Positions 57,373 through 64,000 of a DNA stretch of 64,000 bases are shown here, in pieces (positions within the stretch are counted from its first letter, which is position 1; every line of letters begins with the position of its first letter). Position numbers and translations under genes: made by a program. Origin of the DNA: a virus; IMG/VR virus record IMGVR_UViG_3300042485_001470, positions 31,082 to 95,081 of that record; one strand, 5' to 3'. The notes below the pieces were generated by a model. That model searched no databases. It was not told where the DNA came from and saw nothing but the letters and a program-made list of their open reading frames with translations.

Positions 57373-58242
57373 ATGGCTAAAGTATCATTTTCACAATATA
57401 GTATGTGGAGTTCATGTCCACAACAATACAAATTAAACTACATAGATAAATTGGGTGAGAGTTCTGGTAACATCCACACAATCTTTGGAACTGGGATGCA
57501 CGAAACAATACAACATTACCTTTCGGTTATGTATGGTGTTTCTAAAAAGCAAGCAGATGAAATTAATTTAGATAAACTTCTTTTAGAAAAAATGAAAGAT
57601 GCTTTTACTAAGGAGAAAGATTCTCTTAGTGAAGGAACTCCTTGTACTCAAATAGAGTTGGAAGAATTTTATGGAGATGGTAGACGAATATTAGCATGGC
57701 TTACAAAGAACATGCAAAAGTTTTATTCAAAATCCGGCTATGAATTAGTTGGTATTGAAATTCCTTTGAACGCTAAAATCAAAGAAGGTGTAAACTTCAT
57801 TGGATTTATTGATATTGTATTAAGAGATATGGCTGAGAACTCAATCATCATCATTGACCTTAAGACTTCAACAATGGGTTGGAATCAATATCAAAAGGCG
57901 GATAAGTTTAAGAATGCACAAATACTACTTTATAAGAAATATTATTCAGAATTATTTAATATTCCATTACAAAAGATTAGAGTAGAATATCAAATCATGC
58001 GTAGAAAACTTCCTGAAGATTCTGCGTTTCCAATTCCTTATGTATCTAAACACATTCCTGCAAATGGTGCACCATCCGTTACAAAAGTATATGATGAGTT
58101 TGTAGAATTCGTTAATACGGTATTTAATGATGACGGTACATTTAAGGATATTCCCTTTCCAAAAGTACCAGGTACTGCTAAAAAGAATTGTAAGTGGTGT
58201 GAGTTTATGAGTAGGGGTATTTGTGATGGGAAGGCTTCCTAA
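57373..58242 (+). CDS. PD-(D/E)XK exonuclease, Cas4/AddB-like with Fe-S cysteines
   Basis: SCP.QY, FG...HE, GFIDIV, IDLKT, Q..LY, C-terminal CKWC...C. Confidence 0.8.
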   Translation: MAKVSFSQYSMWSSCPQQYKLNYIDKLGESSGNIHTIFGTGMHETIQHYLSVMYGVSKKQADEINLDKLLLEKMKDAFTKEKDSLSEGTPCTQIELEEFYGDGRRILAWLTKNMQKFYSKSGYELVGIEIPLNAKIKEGVNFIGFIDIVLRDMAENSIIIIDLKTSTMGWNQYQKADKFKNAQILLYKKYYSELFNIPLQKIRVEYQIMRRKLPEDSAFPIPYVSKHIPANGAPSVTKVYDEFVEFVNTVFNDDGTFKDIPFPKVPGTAKKNCKWCEFMSRGICDGKAS

Positions 58243-58318
58243 AAAAACTTTATAAAAATCATTGTTTTTTTACTTTTGTATATACTTATATATACAAATA
58301 TATTAAATATACAAAACA

Positions 58319-58519
58319 ATGATTCAAGAAAACACAAAACTTACAACTGTGAAGATATTGAAAGATGTGTATTCATCATTTAAAAAAGTTTCCTTTGATT
58401 CTGATGTAACATTACAAAAGCTGGTAAATAGAACAGTTGAAAGATATGTTAAAGATGAAGATTTTAGAAAAGAAATGAATGAGTACTTACAACTACAAAT
58501 ATCAGGTTCACAATTTTAA
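58319..58519 (+). CDS. Small ribbon-helix-helix-like protein
   Basis: LTTVKI.KDVY..FK....TLQKLVNR. Preceded by TACTTATA at 58283, a variant of the late motif. Confidence 0.55.
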   Translation: MIQENTKLTTVKILKDVYSSFKKVSFDSDVTLQKLVNRTVERYVKDEDFRKEMNEYLQLQISGSQF

Positions 58520-58533
58520 TGAAAAAATAAGTT

Positions 58534-59919
58534 ATGGCAAAAAAGAAAAAAATCCTATTACTATCAGATGATTTAAGAATGGCAAGTGGTATCGCCACAA
58601 TGTCAAAAGAGTTAGTATTAGGTACTGTACACAAATATGATTGGTTTCAAGTAGGAGCCGCAATTAATCACCCTGAAGCTGGTAAGATTTTAGATTTAAG
58701 CGAAGATATCCAAAAGAACTATGGAGTAGAAGATGCTTCTCTAAAGATACTTCCTTGGAATGGTTATGGTAACGCAGATTTGATTAGACAACTAATCAAT
58801 ACTGAACAACCTGATGCCATCTTACACTTTACTGACCCTCGTTATTGGACATGGTTGTATGATATCGAACATGAAATCAGACAAAATGTTCCAATCCTTT
58901 TCTACGCAATTTGGGATGATTTACCAGACCCATTATATAATCGTAACTACTATGAGAGTTGTGATTGGATTGGTTGTATCTCTCGTCAAACCTATGGTAT
59001 CATTAAAAGATTATCAGCATTGGATACTAAACCAACTTGGAAACCTAAGAAGGATTGGCAAGTTGATTATGTACCACATGGTATTAATACTAACATTTAC
59101 AAACCGGAAGAAGTACCTGCTGAATATCGTAAAGAAATTTTAGGTGGTAATGAGTATGATTTTGTTTTATATTGGAGTAATCGTAATATCAGAAGAAAAC
59201 AACCTGCAGATGTTATCGTAGCATTTAAAAAGTTTTGTGATAAGATTGGTAAAGAAAAAGCAGATAAGGTTTGTTTGGTAATGCATACACAACCTGTTGA
59301 TGAAAACGGAACTGATTTACCTGCAGTAATTGAAACAATGGCACCTGACTGTAATATCATATTTTCTGAAAAGAGAAGATTGCAAAATGAATTGAATTGG
59401 AATTATAATATAGCAGATGCAACAATCAATATTGCTAACAACGAAGGATTTGGATTAGCAACTGCGGAATCAGTAATGGCTGGAACTCCAATTATTGTAA
59501 ACGTAACTGGTGGATTGCAAGACCAATGTGGATTTGAAGTTGATGGTAAGATGCTAACTGCAGATGATTACATTAAGATTGGTTCACTTCACCAATGGAG
59601 AGAGTGGGAAGGAAAAGCTAAACCTGGTCCTTGGGCATTGCCTGTATGGAGTAGAGCATTAGCATTAGCAGGTTCAGTTCCGACACCTTATATTTGGGAT
59701 GATAGAGTTGATATAGAGGATGTTGCAGAAGCAATTGAGAAAATGTACAACACACCAAAAGAAGTCCGTAAAGCAAACGCATTGATAGGTAGAGAGGCAT
59801 TCATTGGTGAGATGGGATTAACACATACAAATATGTGTCAGCAATTAGAAAACGGAATCGAATCGGTTTTTGAAAATTGGAAACCAAGAGAAAGATTCGA
59901 AGTATTTAAAATTAAATAA
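58534..59919 (+). CDS. GT4-family glycosyltransferase
   Basis: KILLLSDD...SG, YVPHGI, NRNIRRKQ, NEGFGLATAESVMAGTPII...TGGLQDQ. Confidence 0.88.
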   Translation: MAKKKKILLLSDDLRMASGIATMSKELVLGTVHKYDWFQVGAAINHPEAGKILDLSEDIQKNYGVEDASLKILPWNGYGNADLIRQLINTEQPDAILHFTDPRYWTWLYDIEHEIRQNVPILFYAIWDDLPDPLYNRNYYESCDWIGCISRQTYGIIKRLSALDTKPTWKPKKDWQVDYVPHGINTNIYKPEEVPAEYRKEILGGNEYDFVLYWSNRNIRRKQPADVIVAFKKFCDKIGKEKADKVCLVMHTQPVDENGTDLPAVIETMAPDCNIIFSEKRRLQNELNWNYNIADATINIANNEGFGLATAESVMAGTPIIVNVTGGLQDQCGFEVDGKMLTADDYIKIGSLHQWREWEGKAKPGPWALPVWSRALALAGSVPTPYIWDDRVDIEDVAEAIEKMYNTPKEVRKANALIGREAFIGEMGLTHTNMCQQLENGIESVFENWKPRERFEVFKIK

Positions 59920-59928
59920 GTTATATAA

Positions 59929-61218
59929 ATGAAACCAACATTAGTATTTCAAGGACCTATATTTACACGTAGTGGTTATGGAGACCATTGTAGAGATTTA
60001 ATGAAATCCCTACGCAAGATGGATAAATATGATATACAAATTATTCCTTTAAGATGGGGTAACACTCCACAAAATCAAGTTAGTGGGCAGGATGAATTTG
60101 GTAGATGGATGTTAGATAGAGTCATCGGACAAATTGAGCAAAAGCCCGATGTGTTTATGCAAGTTTCAGTAGCAAACGAATTCGAACCAAAAGGACACTA
60201 TAATATTGGTGTAACTGCTGGTGTGGAAACTACAATAGCACCAAAAGATTTTATTGATGGTTCTAATAAAATGGACTTGATTATTGTACCATCTAACTTC
60301 ACAAAACAAAATTTGGGTGGAACTGTATATCAACAAAAAGACCAAGCAACTGGGCAGATTGTTGGTGAGATTAAGGTAACTAAACCAATAGAAGTTTTGT
60401 TAGAGGGTGTTGATACTGAAATATTTTCTAAGGGTAGTGGTAAAGATGTATTAGCCAATGTAAAAGAAGATTTTAACTTTCTAATTGTAGGACATTGGTT
60501 GAAGGGTTCGTTAGGACAAGATAGAAAAGATATTGGTATGGCAATTAAAACATTTGCTACGGTATTCCAATATCTACCAAAAGATAAAAGACCAGGACTT
60601 ATTGTTAAAACATCGCATGCTGGGTTTAGTGTAATTGATAGAGAAGCAACAAGACAAAAAATAGATGATGTATTGAAATCATTTGGAGATAAATGTCCAT
60701 CGGTATATTTGATACATGGTGATATGGAAGAAACCGATATGAGTAATTTATACCATCATCCTAAAGTTAAAGCAATGATTTCATTTGCTAAAGGTGAGGG
60801 ATATGGTAGGCCTATGGCTGAGTTTACTTTGACAGGTAAACCAATCATAGCTAGTGGTTGGAGTGGACAAATGGATTTCTTACCAACAGAGCATGCAGTT
60901 TTATTGGAAGGTAGTTTAACTGCGGTAGATGAATCGGCAGCTGACCAGTTTTGTATGAAAGAAGCACAATGGTTTACTGTAAATTACTCAAATGCAGCAA
61001 ATAAGATTTATGATGTATATAACAAATATGATTCTTATTTAGAGAAATCAAAAGGATTAAGAGAGAATACTTTGAAACACTTTACTTTGGATAATATGCA
61101 TGATAAGTTTACCCAACTAATGGATACTTATGTAAAGAAACAACCTCAATATGTTCCATTTAACGCACCAAAAGTAAATGCATCTAAAATGCAAATACCT
61201 AAGTTAAATAAAATTTAG
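59929..61218 (+). CDS. GT4-family glycosyltransferase
   Basis: TRSGYG.H.R, EGVD, DRKD, KGEGYGRPMAEF...GKPIIASGWSG.MDF. Confidence 0.88.
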   Translation: MKPTLVFQGPIFTRSGYGDHCRDLMKSLRKMDKYDIQIIPLRWGNTPQNQVSGQDEFGRWMLDRVIGQIEQKPDVFMQVSVANEFEPKGHYNIGVTAGVETTIAPKDFIDGSNKMDLIIVPSNFTKQNLGGTVYQQKDQATGQIVGEIKVTKPIEVLLEGVDTEIFSKGSGKDVLANVKEDFNFLIVGHWLKGSLGQDRKDIGMAIKTFATVFQYLPKDKRPGLIVKTSHAGFSVIDREATRQKIDDVLKSFGDKCPSVYLIHGDMEETDMSNLYHHPKVKAMISFAKGEGYGRPMAEFTLTGKPIIASGWSGQMDFLPTEHAVLLEGSLTAVDESAADQFCMKEAQWFTVNYSNAANKIYDVYNKYDSYLEKSKGLRENTLKHFTLDNMHDKFTQLMDTYVKKQPQYVPFNAPKVNASKMQIPKLNKI

Positions 61219-61220
61219 AA

Positions 61221-61805
61221 ATGGCTAATGCAACCCTATATAAAAGATACATAAAAAAGCAAGTATCTGCGGTTAAAACAAGTTTAAAAACAAGAAACAT
61301 TTACAAAATCGAATCATACGAATATGTAGATGGAACTAAGAAAATTTTTAGAGGACCGGAGGCTAGTTTAGTATTTTTAGTAGGTATTTCACCTGATAAA
61401 AAATTATCATGTGTTAAGTTCAGCGAAGCAAATCCTGATATATTCTTCAGATGGCTTAAGGGGTTATTTAAGCCATCTGTAACTTGTAAGCAAATAAAAG
61501 AAGCTATTGGAAGTGAGGAATTTGAAACCTTATTAATTGAAGATACCAATAAGGGTGGGGCAATATTTTCAAAATTAAAATCAGACTCTTTATACAAAAA
61601 AGACCCATCGGTATTTAGAACATATAATGTAAAGGGTATAAAATCAATTTCATATTTATATTTGGATGATGATTATTTAATAACCAAACTACTCAAATTG
61701 AAATGTTTTGATGATGCCGATTTGAACCAAGATGGTATTGTGACAGAGGAGGAAATTCAAATTTACGAAAAGAGTACTGGAGAAAAGTACAAACCATCAA
61801 TATAA
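61221..61805 (+). CDS. Hypothetical protein with C-terminal EF-hand-like loop
   Basis: 194 aa, DLNQDGIVTEEE near the C-terminus. Confidence 0.6.
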   Translation: MANATLYKRYIKKQVSAVKTSLKTRNIYKIESYEYVDGTKKIFRGPEASLVFLVGISPDKKLSCVKFSEANPDIFFRWLKGLFKPSVTCKQIKEAIGSEEFETLLIEDTNKGGAIFSKLKSDSLYKKDPSVFRTYNVKGIKSISYLYLDDDYLITKLLKLKCFDDADLNQDGIVTEEEIQIYEKSTGEKYKPSI

Positions 61806-61832
61806 TTTATTAACTATTCTTTATTCCTTGAA

Positions 61833-61840
61833 TATTTATA
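61833..61840 (+). promoter_or_regulatory. Putative late promoter core TATTTATA
   Basis: Upstream of the virion protein ATG at 61881. Confidence 0.5.
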
Positions 61841-61880
61841 TTTACTTGTATAATAAAAGAACCTCACAAGTAAAGATAAA

Positions 61881-64000
61881 ATGGCAATAATTAAAAGACT
61901 CATAAAGGGAGCTCCCATCACAGCGCTGGAGATGGATGCAAATCTAACCGAATTGGAAAATATATCCAGTTCATTCGGAGCTGTTTCAGCATCAGTATCT
62001 AACCTATCAACATTACAAGGAACACTTAGTGGACAATTTACTGGAAGTGCATTGATTTCTGGTAGTTTAAAATTTGATAATATAGATGCAGACCCATCTA
62101 CATCGGTAGTATTGGTATATAACGCATCAACTAAAAAAATAGGAACTAATACCGTTGGAGGTGTGAGTAGTTCTGGAACGGCTGGTTCTGCTGGAACAAG
62201 TGGAACTGGTGGAACTGCTGGTACGGCTGGTACATCTGGTACAAATGCACCTGGCTTAACATCTGGAACGGCTGGTACATCTGGTTCATCTGGAACTAGT
62301 GGTATAAACGGCACATCTGGTTCGTCTGGCACATCTGGTTCGTCTGGTACATCTGGTTCATCTGGCACATCTGGTTCATCCGGTACTGCTGGAACTACTG
62401 GTTCAAGTGGTACATCCATTGATTCAAATATAACAAATAGATTGATGCAAACAACTGCATCATTAAATACATTTACTGGTTCTATTAGAGGTGAGGTAAA
62501 TGGATTGGAAGCATATACGGCATCTTTAAAAGCAACAACTTTAATTTCTGGAGCAGCACAAATTTCAGCATTGGGATTTGGTGTTGGTGGTGGTGGGGAT
62601 TCTTTCCCATATAGTGGTTCTGCTATTATTAGTGGTTCTTTAATTGTGACTGGTTCAGTTTTCTCAACAAATATAGTTTCTGGTGCAAGAGGATTGAGTA
62701 CAGCCGGCCCATTAACAGCATCTCTTAGAGAAGGTTATGTTTGGGTTGGTGGTGATACTAATCAAAACAATCGTCAAATAGCAACATCATCGTTGGGTGG
62801 TGCTGGTGGTACTATTAGTGTGATACGAGGAGTAAACAATTATACCTCTGTTGATACTTTAGAAATGAGTGCTAATTTTAGTGTAACCAATTTAGGTGGT
62901 GGTAATTTATCAATTGATGTAGTTGGTGGAGGTGGAGGTAGTGGTACTTCTGGTTCGTCTGGTTCTTCTGGATTCCCAGGTACATCAGGTACAACTGGTT
63001 CGTCTGGTTCATCTGGTTCGTCTGGGCAACCCGGTCAAGGTGGTTCATCTGGTACATCTGGTACAAATGGTTCAAACGGTACGGCTGGTACAACGGGTTC
63101 AAATGGAGTTAGTGGTACATCTGGAACATCTGGAGTTGGTGGTAGTAATGGTACAGCTGGTACAGCAGGAACATCTGGTACTACAACACAAATAGGAGTT
63201 AGAGATGGGGGTGGTATAAGTGCAGTATATAATGTAAACGATATATCATTTAGTGGTAGTGTAATACTAACACCATCTGGTTCAAATGGAGTTGTAGTGA
63301 CTCTGACAGGAGGTAATGCATCTGGATTCTCATCGGCATCTTTTGAGGGTTGGATAACAGGTTCGGCTCAAATATTAGATGCTGGATTTGTACAATCTTC
63401 TTCTGGTATTTTTAAAGATTTTATAGTAACACAATCAATGGTAAGAGATTGGAGTGTTGTTAATAACGGAAATGATGGATATGTATTTTTACCAACAAAT
63501 GACCCAACTTTAGAAAGAGGTGAAGATGTAGATATATGGGTTCAGCATGGTGATACAATTATATTTAATGTAGTAGCAGCATCGCATCCTTTTTACCTAA
63601 AAACATCAGTAACAACTGGAACAGGTCAACAGGTTACTGGTGTAACAAACAATGGAGCAACCGGTGGTACGGTACGATATAATACATCTGGCTCGGTTCC
63701 TGGTACAACAATTTTCTATTGTAGTTCAGCAAATTCTAACTTAAGTGGACCTATCTATATTAAAGAAAGACAAAGAAGAACTGAATTCAAAGATGGTAGA
63801 ATAATACATACCGGTTCTATGTGGGTTGATGGTGGTGTGGTTGTAACTGGTTCAATTTGGTTTAGTGGTTCACTTTACCAAAATGGAGTTCCATTTGTAG
63901 GTGGTGGAGGTGGTGGACCATTTGCACAAACAGCTTCATACTATTCAGCAAATGGTGATGTATTTGTAACTGGTTCATTTAGAGTTAGTGGTTCAATCAC
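61881..64000 (+). CDS. 3'-truncated Gly/Ser/Thr-rich virion fibre protein with Gly-X-Y tracts and a cupredoxin-like domain
   Basis: Not in the ORF track. ATG 61881 (MAIIKRLIKGAPITALEMDANL...) stays open to the window end. GTS/GSS tracts at ~62170-62418 and ~62940-63185, HPFYLK...FYC at ~63585-63722. Confidence 0.8.
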   Translation, partial: MAIIKRLIKGAPITALEMDANLTELENISSSFGAVSASVSNLSTLQGTLSGQFTGSALISGSLKFDNIDADPSTSVVLVYNASTKKIGTNTVGGVSSSGTAGSAGTSGTGGTAGTAGTSGTNAPGLTSGTAGTSGSSGTSGINGTSGSSGTSGSSGTSGSSGTSGSSGTAGTTGSSGTSIDSNITNRLMQTTASLNTFTGSIRGEVNGLEAYTASLKATTLISGAAQISALGFGVGGGGDSFPYSGSAIISGSLIVTGSVFSTNIVSGARGLSTAGPLTASLREGYVWVGGDTNQNNRQIATSSLGGAGGTISVIRGVNNYTSVDTLEMSANFSVTNLGGGNLSIDVVGGGGGSGTSGSSGSSGFPGTSGTTGSSGSSGSSGQPGQGGSSGTSGTNGSNGTAGTTGSNGVSGTSGTSGVGGSNGTAGTAGTSGTTTQIGVRDGGGISAVYNVNDISFSGSVILTPSGSNGVVVTLTGGNASGFSSASFEGWITGSAQILDAGFVQSSSGIFKDFIVTQSMVRDWSVVNNGNDGYVFLPTNDPTLERGEDVDIWVQHGDTIIFNVVAASHPFYLKTSVTTGTGQQVTGVTNNGATGGTVRYNTSGSVPGTTIFYCSSANSNLSGPIYIKERQRRTEFKDGRIIHTGSMWVDGGVVVTGSIWFSGSLYQNGVPFVGGGGGGPFAQTASYYSANGDVFVTGSFRVSGSI

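Noticed and set aside
61814-63195. ORFs 61814-62419 (-), 62878-63102 (-) and 62923-63195 (+)
   Set aside because: Shadows of the Gly-X-Y tracts of the long + strand gene starting at 61881, which runs off the window.
1-64000. Stop-codon reassignment as seen in some large Bacteroidota phages
   Set aside because: Conserved genes are full length in the standard code, coding density is high, and TAG and TGA both serve as real stops.

Overview
A 64-kb, AT-rich segment of a large T4-like (contractile-tailed) dsDNA phage. All genes are on the + strand and read in the standard code. A Bacteroidota host is inferred from ten TTTG-N20-TAnnTTTG-type promoters, A-rich starts without Shine-Dalgarno sites, and a Gln+1 signal peptide. 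1-23.5 kb is a tail module: a 2770-aa fibre with a 185-triplet Gly-X-Y stalk and S74 chaperone, then sheath, tube, a chaperone with a probable frameshift, tape measure and baseplate genes. Next come a tmRNA with a 24-aa tag, a divergent PolA, a secreted NucA-type nuclease, a 2447-aa multidomain putative head/ejection polyprotein, a SpeD-like decarboxylase and a GH19 endolysin. 36-58 kb is a replication and nucleotide-metabolism module (SSB, RecA, 5'-3' exonuclease, helicase, Hc1-like protein, NrdB/NrdA/Trx, PolB, clamp, clamp loader, dUTPase, Cas4-like nuclease). Embedded in it is the best candidate for an undescribed system: two Mom-like GNAT paralogs, a degenerate DUF262/GmrS-like + HNH protein, GT-A and GT-B glycosyltransferases co-operonic with PolB, and a DUF4338/DruA-like gene. 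I read this as a putative DNA hypermodification system paired with a nuclease. The window ends with two GT4 genes and a second, truncated Gly/Ser/Thr-rich virion protein. Family calls come from motif recognition only; no searches were run.
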